Assembly: GCA_964606385.1 (NCBI GenBank)
Contig: CAZSFZ010000007.1
Location: forward strand, 6,688 to 70,687
Direction: 5' to 3'
Length of the DNA: 64,000 nt
Origin: an uncultured bacterium
GTDB lineage: Bacteria; Omnitrophota; Omnitrophia; Omnitrophales; Aquincolibacteriaceae
The notes beneath the pieces were generated by a model that was not told where the DNA came from, made no database searches, and saw nothing but the letters and a program-made list of their open reading frames with translations. A program made the translations under genes and the position numbers. This document shows, one piece after another, positions 21,218 to 30,906 of the stretch. Position 1 is the stretch's first letter; each line of letters opens with the position of its first letter.

Positions 21218-22318
21218 CTAGTTGAGCTGCATCGGCATGATCACGTAAAGATATCCTTCCCGTCCTCGCACCAGTCCCGGCTTATCGGGATTGGTTAAAG
21301 AAATGCTGATGTTCTCATCCGCGAGATTTTTAAGAACATCCAGAAAATAGCCGGGGTTGAACCCTATCGTGATCTCCTCCCCTTTAAAATCCGCCGAGAG
21401 CTCTTCTTTCGCCTCCCCCATATTCGGGGTTTTTGCGGAAACAATGATTTTGTTTTTAATGAAATCGAATTTGAGCGCGGGTGCCTCGGGAGAAGTTAAA
21501 AGAGAGGCTCGCCGGACCGCTTGGAGAAATTCCTCCCGGTTCGCCTGAACAATCGTTTTTTCTTCCTTGGGAATTACCTGGTCGTAATTCGGAAAATTTC
21601 CCTCTATTAAACTGGAGGTGAGATAAGTGTCCTCTAAATAAAAAATGACTTTATTTTGCGTGTGGATAATCTTCACACTTCCTTCCCACCCTAAAAGCTT
21701 AAGAAGTTCGTGAATGGTTTTGGAGGGGATGATCATTTCTATGGTTTTCACCTGCTTCTGTTTAAGCTCTTTTTTATAAAAAGCGAGCCTTCTTCCATCG
21801 GTCGCCACGAACCGGATCTGGCTTCCCTGAATCGCGATCAAAACCCCATTTAAAACATACCGTGTTTCATCATGGGATATCGCGAAAGAGGTTAAAGAGA
21901 GGCTTTCTTTGATCACGGATTGTTCTAATTCAATAGCTTCGTTAAGTGAGAATTCGGGAAGTTTTGGATATTCTTCTTTATCCAGCCCCATAATTTTAAA
22001 ATTAGACTTTCCCGCTTTTATATTTACTGTGTTGTTTTTGGTGACAGTGATCTCCACCACCCCCTCAGGAAGTTCTTTAACAATATCAAAAAACTTTCTC
22101 GCGGGGACTGTGATGCTTCCCCCTTGGATGACCTCCACAGGCAATAATGTGGAAATTCCCACCTCCATATCCGTAGCGATTATTTTTAATTTCCCGTCTT
22201 TTTGGGTTTCCAGCAAGAGATTGTTCAAAATAGGGAGCGTGCTTGGTTTTGAAGCGGCAACATTCACCCCTAAGGTGATCTTTTTTAACAATTCGCTTTT
22301 CTGAACCTTAATCTCCAT
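21218..22318 (-). CDS. dnaN: DNA polymerase III beta sliding clamp.
   Basis: MEIKVQKSELLKKITLGVNVAASKPSTLPILNNLLLE..., 366 aa, three-domain clamp pattern. Confidence 0.95.
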   Translation of the reverse strand: MEIKVQKSELLKKITLGVNVAASKPSTLPILNNLLLETQKDGKLKIIATDMEVGISTLLPVEVIQGGSITVPARKFFDIVKELPEGVVEITVTKNNTVNIKAGKSNFKIMGLDKEEYPKLPEFSLNEAIELEQSVIKESLSLTSFAISHDETRYVLNGVLIAIQGSQIRFVATDGRRLAFYKKELKQKQVKTIEMIIPSKTIHELLKLLGWEGSVKIIHTQNKVIFYLEDTYLTSSLIEGNFPNYDQVIPKEEKTIVQANREEFLQAVRRASLLTSPEAPALKFDFIKNKIIVSAKTPNMGEAKEELSADFKGEEITIGFNPGYFLDVLKNLADENISISLTNPDKPGLVRGREGYLYVIMPMQLN

Positions 22319-22453
22319 GGAAAACTCCTTATGCTTTTATGCTATATTTTAAAAAACAGTAATCAAAGTAGTAGAACTTGTGAAATTGTGGATATCCTAC
22401 ACAACTATCTTAAAAAGAACGATATATAAAAAAGTTTTTTTGTGGAAAAAAAG

Positions 22454-23809
22454 CTATTTTTTCAACAAACCCGTTAGTTTTTCCAATAACCCTCTCACCG
22501 CGACGTCCTGATCTCTTTCTTTGGCGATTTTATTGCAGGAATGAAGGACCGTTGTGTGGTCCTTCCCGCCGAAATACTCCCCTATTTCAGGAAAAGAATG
22601 AGAGGTTAGCTCCCGGACAAGGTACATAGCGATCTGCCGGGGACGCACAATAGAAGCGGTCCGTTTTTTGGCGCGGAGATCCGAAACCTTCACGTTAAAG
22701 TATTCCGCCACCACCTTTTGGATCCCCTCAATGGTGAATTTCTGGGCCTCTTCTTTAAAAGAATCTTTCAGGATCTCTTGAGCTAAGCGGACATCTACCT
22801 TAGAGTTTGTCAGCGTGCAATAAGCCACCACGCGGATCAACGCCCCCTCCAACTCCCGAATATTCGACTTGATCTTTCCGGCGATGAAATAGCACACATC
22901 ATCAGGCACCACAACGGTTTCCCGCTCCATTTTTTTCTTTAAAATAGCCACCCGCGTCTCAAAATCAGGCGGCTGGATATCCGTCACAAGGCCCCACCCA
23001 AAACGAGACACCAAACGTTCTTCCAATCCCGGGATCTCCCTTGGCGGCCGATCGCTTGTCACCACGATCTGCTTGTGAGCGTCGTAAAGCGTATTGAAGG
23101 TGTTGAAAAACTCTTCCTGGGTCGAGTCTTTTTCCGCGATAAAGTGAACGTCATCGATCAGCAAAAGATCCAGCGTCCGGTATTTTGCTCTAAACTGTGG
23201 CGTGGACTTGGTTTGGATCGCTGAGATCAGCTGGTTTGTGAACTTTTCACTGGAGATATAAAGGATCTTAAACTCGGGATGGCGCCGGCGCATTTCGTGA
23301 GCGATCGACTGCAATAAATGCGTTTTCCCAAGACCGGTCGGACCGTAAATAAAAAGAGGATTGTATTGCTTCGCGGGCGACTCACTGACCGCCACGGAGG
23401 CGGCATGAGCAAAACGGTTCCCGGGGCCGATCACAAAATCATCGAAAGTGTAGCGCTGATTTAGCCCCGCCACCGCTTCATCCCTTTCCTTGGCGGGAGC
23501 AGAACCCGGCGGGAGGGAGGGGGCCGCCTTGGGAAGCTCGACCACCTGATAGCCCACCTTAAGCGGATGTCCGACCACCTCTTCCACGGAAGAAAGAATA
23601 AGGTTCTGATAGTGATCTTCAAGCCATTTTCCGTAATACTGATCCGGGACGCTTAAAGTGATGGAATCCGGAGTTGCCCCCGAGAGAGAGATGGGCTCAA
23701 ACCAGGTTTTATAGGAGCGCTCGCTTAATTCGCGGGCGAGGATGGAACAAATTTTACTCCACAGCTCCGGCAAAGGGACGCTAAGAGGCGAAGAAGAGGC
23801 CTGGGTCAC
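22454..23809 (-). CDS. dnaA: Chromosomal replication initiator DnaA.
   Basis: AAA+ Walker A GPTGLGKTHLL, and a C-terminal DNA-binding domain with the dnaA signature region. 451 aa. Confidence 0.95.
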   Translation of the reverse strand: MTQASSSPLSVPLPELWSKICSILARELSERSYKTWFEPISLSGATPDSITLSVPDQYYGKWLEDHYQNLILSSVEEVVGHPLKVGYQVVELPKAAPSLPPGSAPAKERDEAVAGLNQRYTFDDFVIGPGNRFAHAASVAVSESPAKQYNPLFIYGPTGLGKTHLLQSIAHEMRRRHPEFKILYISSEKFTNQLISAIQTKSTPQFRAKYRTLDLLLIDDVHFIAEKDSTQEEFFNTFNTLYDAHKQIVVTSDRPPREIPGLEERLVSRFGWGLVTDIQPPDFETRVAILKKKMERETVVVPDDVCYFIAGKIKSNIRELEGALIRVVAYCTLTNSKVDVRLAQEILKDSFKEEAQKFTIEGIQKVVAEYFNVKVSDLRAKKRTASIVRPRQIAMYLVRELTSHSFPEIGEYFGGKDHTTVLHSCNKIAKERDQDVAVRGLLEKLTGLLKK

Positions 23810-24130
23810 AAAGACGAATCTTCCTAAAAGTTATAAACAGGTTATTAATAAGAAAAAAATGACAAAATTAAATATTATATTCTAGCCTATAAAATTTACT
23901 TAAAATTAATAAATAGCTTTTAAACAAGTTATCCACAACACAAAAATAAGAAAAATAAAAGTTCGACTCCCCGAAGAGAGGCGAACGAGAGTAACAACAA
24001 GAGCCATTCTACAATAAAAAAACGGTTTGTCCACGAAGAAACAGAAAAAAATCTAGAGGCAGCCGTTCGCCGGGCACAGCCCGCAAAGAATCTTTTTAGG
24101 GCGAAATAAAACGCTGGATATTCCAAACGA
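23810..24130. other. oriC: Probable replication origin (oriC). It has an AT-rich DNA-unwinding region and DnaA boxes, and it marks the point where gene orientation switches.
   Basis: Perfect TTATCCACA at 23929-23937. A weaker TTGTCCACG near 24037. An AT-rich stretch at 23830-23920. Additional boxes in the dnaA-dnaN spacer: ATATCCACA (reverse complement) at 22387-22395 and TTTCCACAA (reverse complement) at 22440-22448. Confidence 0.6.
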
Positions 24131-24152
24131 AGTTCACTATAATCCACGCCTC

Positions 24153-24290
24153 ATGAAAAGAACATACCAGCCTTCCAAAAGAAAACGTCGTAACAAGCAT
24201 GGCTTTCTTGCCCGCACGCGGACAGCCGGAGGACGAAAAGTCCTCGCAAGCCGCCGCAAAAAGGGCCGGAAGAAGCTGACCCAAGTATAA
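24153..24290 (+). CDS. rpmH: 50S ribosomal protein L34.
   Basis: Translates to [45 protein letters not shown] (45 aa). It is absent from the ORF track because it is under 60 aa. Confidence 0.9.
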   Translation: MKRTYQPSKRKRRNKHGFLARTRTAGGRKVLASRRKKGRKKLTQV

Positions 24291-24293
24291 GCG

Positions 24294-24671
24294 TTGGAGC
24301 CTCAGAAACGGCTCGGCGCCGGGCAGCGGATCCGCCGGCAAAAAACCTTTAAAAACCTCGTCGAAAAAGGCCAGTTCGCGCGAGGGGCGTATTTTTATTT
24401 ATGGGTGATCCGGCAAGAAGGAAAAGCAAAAGCCGCGGCATCTCAAAAACCGATGATCGGGATTGTCGTGAGCCGTAAGACGGACCCGAGCGCGGTAGGG
24501 CGCAATGCTTGGAAACGACAGGTACGCGAGATTTTCCGCGAACATCAGACGAGCCTGCAACTGGGGACCGTTTGCCTGGTGAAGGTCCGTCACGCCATGA
24601 AGCGTCCGGCCTTTTCCGCTGCCGAAGAAGACCTGGTCAAGCTTTTCAAAAAAGCAGGAGCTTGGACGTGA
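24294..24671 (+). CDS. rnpA: RNase P protein component.
   Basis: Basic protein of about 120 aa directly after rpmH. The start codon is uncertain. Confidence 0.8.
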   Translation: MEPQKRLGAGQRIRRQKTFKNLVEKGQFARGAYFYLWVIRQEGKAKAAASQKPMIGIVVSRKTDPSAVGRNAWKRQVREIFREHQTSLQLGTVCLVKVRHAMKRPAFSAAEEDLVKLFKKAGAWT

Positions 24672-24877
24672 AACAAATTTTGATCCTCCTTGTCCGATTT
24701 TACCGCGCCTGTCTTGCGCCCGCCCTGGGACCCTGCTGCCGCTTTACTCCAACTTGTTCCGCGTATGCCGAAGAAGCCCTCCGGAAAAAAGGCGCCTTGA
24801 CGGGCGCCCGGATGACGCTTCAGAGGATCTTCAAATGCCACCCTTTTCATCCCGGCGGTTTCGACCCGGTCCCATAA
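24668..24877 (+). CDS. yidD: Membrane protein insertion efficiency factor YidD.
   Basis: A GTG start overlaps the rnpA stop (GTGA). Sequence KQILILLVRFYRACLAPALGPCCRFTPTCSAYAEEAL...HPGGFDPVP. Confidence 0.8.
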   Translation: MKQILILLVRFYRACLAPALGPCCRFTPTCSAYAEEALRKKGALTGARMTLQRIFKCHPFHPGGFDPVP

Positions 24878-24884
24878 GGAAACC

Positions 24885-26531
24885 ATGGATAAAAACACCG
24901 TAAGAGCGATCATTCTTGCCATGCTGGTCATGTTGTTCTATCCCGTCTTGGTCGAGAAATTCTTTCCCGGGGCTTATCAGAAAAAACCCGCTGTTTCGCC
25001 GTCGGCTCAAACAACAGCCGCTCCCGAACCCGAACCTGCGCCCGCACCCGTGCTTAGCAAGCCCGAAACACCCGCAGCGGAAACCGCGCTTGAAAAAGCG
25101 GCAGCCCCGGCGGTTTCTTTTTTCGAGAACGCTTTTTATAAAGCGGAATTCTCCACATTGGGCGGCACGATCACCCAACTGTCTTTTCTGGGCGAAAAAG
25201 GGAGACGGTCCTTCACGGAAACGAACTTTTTTTCCGGCAACTCCCATGAGTCCGGGATCTTCGGGGTCAATGTTCTACGTGAAAAAGCAGACCTCGCCGA
25301 AACGATTTTCCGCATGGTTCGCAAAGGGGAAAGCGTGGAGTTTTTTTATGAACTGCCCGGAGAATATCAGCTGACCAAAACCTACGTTTTTCGCGAAAAC
25401 AAACCCGCGATCGACCTCGTGGTGCGGATCAAAGACCTTTCCGGCCGCGGAAGGAGCTTCCCCCTCACCTTGAATTACGGCATGAGCTATAAAGAAGAGG
25501 ACCTGAAAAATTACGGCTACTACGACGCCGTAGCCTACGCCGAAAAGCTCCAGAGCAAAGACCTTTCCGGGGTCAGGAAAAAAGGATTTTTCTTTCCCGA
25601 GCAGACCTTGTGGTCCGGGTTCATCAAAAAATATTTCGCACTTCTTGTGAAACCGGACGGAAAGATCATCGAAGGAAGCGCGAAGGCCGACAAACAGAAC
25701 CTTTGGGGGCAGATGACGCTGGAACCTTTGTCGGTGCCCGCGTCCGGCGAGGCCGAGCGGAGCTTTCTGGTCTACGCGGGGCCGCAGCGTTATGAAGAAC
25801 TCAAAAGCTTCGGCGCGAAGTTCGAAGATGTTTTTTACCGCGGCTTTTTCGGCGGGTTCAAGGTGATGATCCTCGGGGTCCTGAAATTCCTGAACCAGTA
25901 CACGCACAACTTCGGATGGGCGCTCGTGATCCTGACGCTTTTGATCAAGCTCCTGTTCGCGCCGCTCACGCATCTCAGCTACGCCAGTATGAAAAAAATG
26001 CAGCTTCTGGCGCCGAAAATGAAAGCGATCCAGGAACATTACAAAAAAGATCCCGCCCAGTCCCAAAAAGCGCTGATGGATCTTTACCGGCGGAACAAGG
26101 TCAATCCCATGATGGGCTGTCTTCCGATGCTGATCCAGATCCCCGTCTTTATCGCCATGTTCAAACTGCTTCCCGAAGCCATCGAGCTTCACGGAGCGCC
26201 CTTCATCGGATGGATCAAGGACCTTTCGGCGCCGGACCATTTGATGGCGCTCCCCTTCACGGTCCCGTTCCTGGGCTGGAACACGCTCAACATCCTGCCG
26301 ATCACGATGGCCCTGTCGCAGGTGTGGTACCAAAAGCTGATGCCGACCCAGCCGGGGTCGAGTCCCGAGCAGCAGACCATCATGAACATCATGCCGATCT
26401 TTTTCGGTTTTATTTGCTACAACATGCCTTCGGGGCTCACGCTTTACTGGACCCTGCAAAACCTTTTTTCGATCATCCAGCAGGTTTTCATTAACCGGAT
26501 CGTGATCGTTCTGCACCACGAAGACCGATAA
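24885..26531 (+). CDS. yidC: Membrane protein insertase YidC.
   Basis: N-terminal TM, large periplasmic domain, and the C-terminal 5-TM core (MKKMQLLAPKMKAIQEHYKKDP...LPITMALSQVWYQKLMP). Confidence 0.9.
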   Translation: MDKNTVRAIILAMLVMLFYPVLVEKFFPGAYQKKPAVSPSAQTTAAPEPEPAPAPVLSKPETPAAETALEKAAAPAVSFFENAFYKAEFSTLGGTITQLSFLGEKGRRSFTETNFFSGNSHESGIFGVNVLREKADLAETIFRMVRKGESVEFFYELPGEYQLTKTYVFRENKPAIDLVVRIKDLSGRGRSFPLTLNYGMSYKEEDLKNYGYYDAVAYAEKLQSKDLSGVRKKGFFFPEQTLWSGFIKKYFALLVKPDGKIIEGSAKADKQNLWGQMTLEPLSVPASGEAERSFLVYAGPQRYEELKSFGAKFEDVFYRGFFGGFKVMILGVLKFLNQYTHNFGWALVILTLLIKLLFAPLTHLSYASMKKMQLLAPKMKAIQEHYKKDPAQSQKALMDLYRRNKVNPMMGCLPMLIQIPVFIAMFKLLPEAIELHGAPFIGWIKDLSAPDHLMALPFTVPFLGWNTLNILPITMALSQVWYQKLMPTQPGSSPEQQTIMNIMPIFFGFICYNMPSGLTLYWTLQNLFSIIQQVFINRIVIVLHHEDR

Positions 26532-26535
26532 CTTC

Positions 26536-26571
26536 GGGCCACGAGCCACGATACACGAACCGCGTGGCCCG
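26536..26571. repeat. GC-rich palindromic element. Copy B: CGGGCCACG-18 nt-CGTGGCCCG, a perfect 9-bp stem.
   Basis: Lies 5 nt after the yidC stop and upstream of mnmG. It shares the GGGCCACG/CGTGGCCC core with copies A and C. Confidence 0.5.
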
Positions 26572-26589
26572 TGAAACGTGGACCGAAAA

Positions 26590-28416
26590 ATGAACTCCAC
26601 CCAACGATACGCCGCCATCATTGTCGGCGCCGGCCATGCCGGCGTTGAAGCTTCCCTCGCCATCGCCCGGTGCGGTTTTCCCGTACTGGTGATCACCATG
26701 GACACGAACGCCATCGCCCGCATGTCCTGCAACCCGGCGATCGGCGGACTCGCGAAAGGCCATATCGTCCGGGAGATCGACGCGCTCGGCGGTGAAATGG
26801 GCCTGGCCACCGACGCCACGGGGATCCAGTTCCGCATGCTGAATAAATCCAAGGGGCCCGCCGTGTGGGCGCCGCGCGCGCAAGCGGACAAGCATCACTA
26901 TGAGCGCTTCATGAAGCGCGCGCTCGAAACGGAAAAAAACCTGACGCTTCTGCAGGGACAAGTTGTCGAAATTCTTGTAAAAGACGGAACCTGCTACGGC
27001 GTCCGGACAAAAGACGGAGGAATTTTTTTAGCCGACTTCGTGGTGCTCACCACGGGAACTTTTCTCCAAGGGTTGATCCATATCGGCGAAGAACATCATC
27101 CGGGAGGACGGCGAGACGAACCGCCCGCGATCGGATTGTCGGATTCCCTGCGTGCGCACGGGATCGAGCTCGTGCGTTTCAAAACAGGCACACCGCCGCG
27201 CCTCCGCAAAGAAAGCATCGCCTGGGAAAAAACGGAAGAACAAAAAGGCGACGAGCCTCCCCGCCCTTTCTCATACCGGACCGCGAAGCTTGAGGTCCGC
27301 CAGCTTTCCTGTTTTCTGACCCACACGAACGAAAAAGTCCATGAGATCATCCGTAAGAACCTGACACGCTCCCCTCTTTATGCCGGCCGGATCGCGGGGA
27401 TCGGTCCAAGGTATTGTCCCTCGGTGGAAGACAAGATCGTGAAATTCCCGGACAAAAAAAGCCACCAGATCTACCTGGAGCCCGAAGGGCGCGATACGGA
27501 CGAGATCTACGTGAACGGATTTTCGACGTCGCTTCCCAAAGATGTCCAGGAGGCCGCGCTTCGCGAAATTTCCGGGCTCGAGAACGCCGAGATCCTGAAA
27601 TTCGGTTATGCCATCGAATATGACGCGGCACCCCCGACCCAACTTAAACATTCACTGGAAACGAAAAAAATCAAAAACCTGTTTTTTGCCGGCCAGATCA
27701 ACTGCACCTCGGGTTATGAGGAAGCCGCCGCCCAAGGACTCATGGCGGGCCTGAACATTATTCGAAGGCTTTGCGGCGCCAGCGAATTTGTTCTCGACCG
27801 CACCGAGGCTTATATCGCCGTCATGATCGACGACCTTGTGACTTGCGGCACCAATGAGCCTTACCGGATGTTTACTTCCCGCGCCGAATTTCGCCTTTTA
27901 TTGCGGCAGGACAATGCCGACGAACGGCTCATGTTTTACGGGCACCAGTTCGACCTGATACCAGAAAAAACCTTCGCCGAATTTAACGCGAAGATGGATC
28001 GGGTCCATCAGGATATCCGCGAGCTTAAAGCAAAAAAGATCGGAAACGATACGCTTTATCAATACATGAAGCGGCCAAGCGTAGATTATAACTTATTGAT
28101 AAAAAACAACTTACACCTATCAAATTTATCAGAGGATGAAAAGCACGCTGTTGAAACAGAAATTAAATACGAGGGCTATATTGACCAGCAACGGCGCGAG
28201 GTTCAAAAATTTTCCAGATTGGAAAAAAGAAAAATCCCCGCCGGAATTAACTACGACGAGATCTCCGGGATCGGCCGTGAAGCAAAAGAAAAGCTGAAAA
28301 AGATCCGGCCGGAATCCATCGGTCACGCCGCGAGGATTCCTGGGATTTCCTCCTGCGACCTTTCGCTGCTTGCCGTTTTCATCGAAAAGAAAGCCAAAGA
28401 AAAAGCGACCAACTAA
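26590..28416 (+). CDS. mnmG: tRNA uridine 5-carboxymethylaminomethyl modification enzyme MnmG (GidA).
   Basis: RYAAIIVGAGHAGVEASLAIARCG...CNPAIGGLAKGHIVREIDALGG. The ORF begins at 26578. The likely start is MNSTQRY. Confidence 0.95.
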   Translation: MNSTQRYAAIIVGAGHAGVEASLAIARCGFPVLVITMDTNAIARMSCNPAIGGLAKGHIVREIDALGGEMGLATDATGIQFRMLNKSKGPAVWAPRAQADKHHYERFMKRALETEKNLTLLQGQVVEILVKDGTCYGVRTKDGGIFLADFVVLTTGTFLQGLIHIGEEHHPGGRRDEPPAIGLSDSLRAHGIELVRFKTGTPPRLRKESIAWEKTEEQKGDEPPRPFSYRTAKLEVRQLSCFLTHTNEKVHEIIRKNLTRSPLYAGRIAGIGPRYCPSVEDKIVKFPDKKSHQIYLEPEGRDTDEIYVNGFSTSLPKDVQEAALREISGLENAEILKFGYAIEYDAAPPTQLKHSLETKKIKNLFFAGQINCTSGYEEAAAQGLMAGLNIIRRLCGASEFVLDRTEAYIAVMIDDLVTCGTNEPYRMFTSRAEFRLLLRQDNADERLMFYGHQFDLIPEKTFAEFNAKMDRVHQDIRELKAKKIGNDTLYQYMKRPSVDYNLLIKNNLHLSNLSEDEKHAVETEIKYEGYIDQQRREVQKFSRLEKRKIPAGINYDEISGIGREAKEKLKKIRPESIGHAARIPGISSCDLSLLAVFIEKKAKEKATN

Positions 28417-28573
28417 CTACGTTCTCCGCCGATTCGTCCAGCCTCCAAAAGGACACCAAAGCAATCCTGATTTGAAATAGGCATTCATTTTTAGATTAAA
28501 ATCATGCTGACCATGTTTAATTAGGACTCATATATCGATATAAATCGAATGTTTATGTCATTTGGTGTATTGT

Positions 28574-28603
28574 CAATTGATGTTTCACGTGAAACATCAA
28601 TTG
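28574..28603. promoter_or_regulatory. parS: parS centromere-like site 1: perfect TGTTTCACGTGAAACA core inside a perfect 30-bp palindrome (CAATTGATGTTTCACGTGAAACATCAATTG).
   Basis: Exact match to the canonical ParB-binding parS consensus, read directly from the sequence. Confidence 0.85.
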
Positions 28604-28848
28604 CGATAAGACGCGTTAGAGGTAAATCACACCAGACATTTTCCGAAAAAATCAAATAGCCCTAGCGGCGAGTTGCCGGCTTCCAAAAATCAAGCCGGCG
28701 CCATAACGATCCGATTCTTTACGTAGTATCCGATTATCAAGCAAATACTATTTGCCATCACAGAGAATATATGTAAAATAATCGTCACTTGTGACGATAG
28801 GTTATGTGACAAATGCTTTTAGCCTGATTTCGGATATCTTTTTTATCA

Positions 28849-28866
28849 TGTTTCACGTGAAACATT
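28849..28866. promoter_or_regulatory. parS: parS site 2: ATGTTTCACGTGAAACAT. It lies about 10 bp upstream of the parA start and abuts the GGAGG ribosome-binding site.
   Basis: Perfect 16-bp parS core at 28850-28865. Confidence 0.85.
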
Positions 28867-28875
28867 GGAGGCTCT

Positions 28876-29763
28876 ATGGGTGCGATTTTTTCGTTTTTTA
28901 ATCAAAAAGGCGGCGTTGGGAAAACAACGTCGGTTATCAATATAGCAACGGTTGTGGCCGGATTTGGGAAGAAAGTTTTATTGATAGATCTCGATTCGCA
29001 AGGCAATGCTACAAGCGGAGTTGGGATAGAGAAAAATGAAAATGAATCCACAGCTTATCAACTTCTTGTTGAAAACTCTGATCCTAAGGCAAGCATCAAG
29101 CAAACCTCTATAGAAAATCTATGGGTCATACCGTCCAATGCGCATCTTGCCGGGGCCGAAATGCATCTGATCAGCCAGGAGAAAAGAGAATATGTTTTGC
29201 GCGAACAGCTCAAAAAAATATCGGGCGACTATGACTATATTTTTCTGGACTGTCCTCCTTCGCTTGGTCTTATAAGCATAAACGCATTAACATCAAGTGG
29301 TTATGTAATAATTCCGCTTCAGTGTGAATACTACGCACTTGAAGGCCTTGGGCAGCTCCTAAACACCTATCAACTGGTAAAAAAGAACCTCAGCGCGGAA
29401 TTGGAATTGGGTGGGGTCGTTTTAACCATGGCGGATGTGCGCACAAACCTGACCCAGCAAGTGATCGAAGAGGTCCGGAATTATTTTAAAGAAAAAGTTT
29501 TTCAGAGCGTCATTCCGCGCTCCGTGAAACTTTCGGAAGCGCCCAGCTTTGGGAAACCCGCCGTGATTTATGATAAACACAATCGCGGATCCCAGGCTTA
29601 CGTAGAGCTGGGGAAGGAATTTTTGTCACGGTTTGGATCAGACGAAGATCGCGCGATGCTCGCCGCCGCGGAGGAAAAAGCGGTCGAAACATCCGCGGAA
29701 AACACTTCAAGCGCCGACAACGCGGAGCCCGAGCAAACACAAGCCGCCCCGGCCAACACATAA
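28876..29763 (+). CDS. parA: Chromosome-partitioning ATPase ParA/Soj, with an acidic C-terminal tail.
   Basis: Deviant Walker A NQKGGVGKTT. About 250-aa core plus a 40-aa tail. Confidence 0.9.
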   Translation: MGAIFSFFNQKGGVGKTTSVINIATVVAGFGKKVLLIDLDSQGNATSGVGIEKNENESTAYQLLVENSDPKASIKQTSIENLWVIPSNAHLAGAEMHLISQEKREYVLREQLKKISGDYDYIFLDCPPSLGLISINALTSSGYVIIPLQCEYYALEGLGQLLNTYQLVKKNLSAELELGGVVLTMADVRTNLTQQVIEEVRNYFKEKVFQSVIPRSVKLSEAPSFGKPAVIYDKHNRGSQAYVELGKEFLSRFGSDEDRAMLAAAEEKAVETSAENTSSADNAEPEQTQAAPANT

Positions 29764-29792
29764 CAGAATTCATTCACCCATAAGGAGCTGCT

Positions 29793-30740
29793 ATGAAAAA
29801 AGCACTTGGTAAGGGATTAAGCGCGCTGATACCCGATAGTTATAAGGAACATGTAGCGACCATCGAAAAAGAAAGCGTCGCCGCGTCTATGACTGTGACG
29901 ACGGAGCCCGAGGCGGTGATTCAGCCCGCGGCGGCGCCGGCGAAGGATCAGGCGTTTCAATTGATCCCGGTCGCGAAGATCGAGCCGAACGCGGACCAGC
30001 CGCGCAAACATTTCAATCCCGAAACGATCGAGGAGCTGGCGAACTCCATCCGGGAAAAAGGCGTGCTGCAACCCATCATCGTGAAAAAGAAAAGCGCCGG
30101 GACATTCGAGATCGTATGCGGCGAACGGCGTTTTCGTGCCGCGACCGCTTGCGGCCTCACCGAAGTTCCCGCGATCATTAAAGACATTGCCGACGAAGAT
30201 TTTCTCGAATGGGCGCTGATCGAAAATATCCAGAGGGAAGACCTGAATCCTATAGAGGAAGCGGAGGCGTACCAACGCCTTGTGGAAGAGCGTATGATCT
30301 CTCAGGAGGAAGTGGCGAAGCGGGTAGGGAAGAACCGCGTCACGGTCACGAACACGCTCCGGCTTTTAAGACTCCCTCAGGAAGTGAAACAATATTTGGC
30401 GGACGGCAGACTTTCCGCGGGGCACGCCCGCGCGCTGCTCGGGCTTCTGACGCCGGAACACCAGCGGCAAATGGCCAAACGGATCGTCGAAGAGAATCTT
30501 TCGGTTCGCCAGGTCGAAGCGATCGTGAACCGAAGCAATGCCCACAAGCGAAAAGCCAAATCCGCGCGCCATCTCAGCACCGAGATCATTGACCTTGAAA
30601 CACGGCTGACGCACTACCTCGGCACGCAGGCGAAGATCTATCCGCGCAAGAACCAAAAAGAAGGGCGCCTCGAGATCCAATACTTCTCGCTCGACGATCT
30701 GGACCGCGTGCTGCAGAAGATCGGCCTTCCGCGGGGATGA
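29793..30740 (+). CDS. parB: Chromosome-partitioning protein ParB/Spo0J.
   Basis: ParB box GERRFRAA, an HTH, and a C-terminal dimerisation domain. Confidence 0.9.
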   Translation: MKKALGKGLSALIPDSYKEHVATIEKESVAASMTVTTEPEAVIQPAAAPAKDQAFQLIPVAKIEPNADQPRKHFNPETIEELANSIREKGVLQPIIVKKKSAGTFEIVCGERRFRAATACGLTEVPAIIKDIADEDFLEWALIENIQREDLNPIEEAEAYQRLVEERMISQEEVAKRVGKNRVTVTNTLRLLRLPQEVKQYLADGRLSAGHARALLGLLTPEHQRQMAKRIVEENLSVRQVEAIVNRSNAHKRKAKSARHLSTEIIDLETRLTHYLGTQAKIYPRKNQKEGRLEIQYFSLDDLDRVLQKIGLPRG

Positions 30741-30761
30741 CCCCGGGCGGAGGGGCCCGGA

Positions 30762-30792
30762 GGCTTGGCGAGAAAAGAGCCTTTACAGAGAG
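30762..30792 (+). promoter_or_regulatory. Putative sigma70-type promoter for the sugar-binding-protein gene (TTTACA...TGtTATAAT, extended -10).
   Basis: Hexamers read from the sequence. The 19-nt spacer is long and no transcription data are available. Confidence 0.3.
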
Positions 30793-30906
30793 GCTAGCGA
30801 CTGTGTTATAATTCCCGCACTTTATCGCTTTCGTATACGCTTTATCATTAGGCACAACAATTCCTCTCAAGGCCGATAAAGGCCTTTCAAATAAAGGGAA
30901 TTCCGC

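Noticed and set aside
24096-24341. The 81-aa minus-strand ORF over the rpmH locus, and the 72-aa ORF at 23929-24147.
   Set aside because: They overlap the conserved L34 gene or the origin. They are spurious frames in an AT-rich region.
28417-28875. The mnmG-parA intergenic region as the replication origin (gidA-side oriC, as in some proteobacteria).
   Set aside because: There are no good DnaA boxes here; the best candidate has three mismatches. The palindromes are parS and other operator-like repeats. The perfect DnaA box, the AT-rich unwinding element and the strand switch are all at 23.8-24.15 kb.
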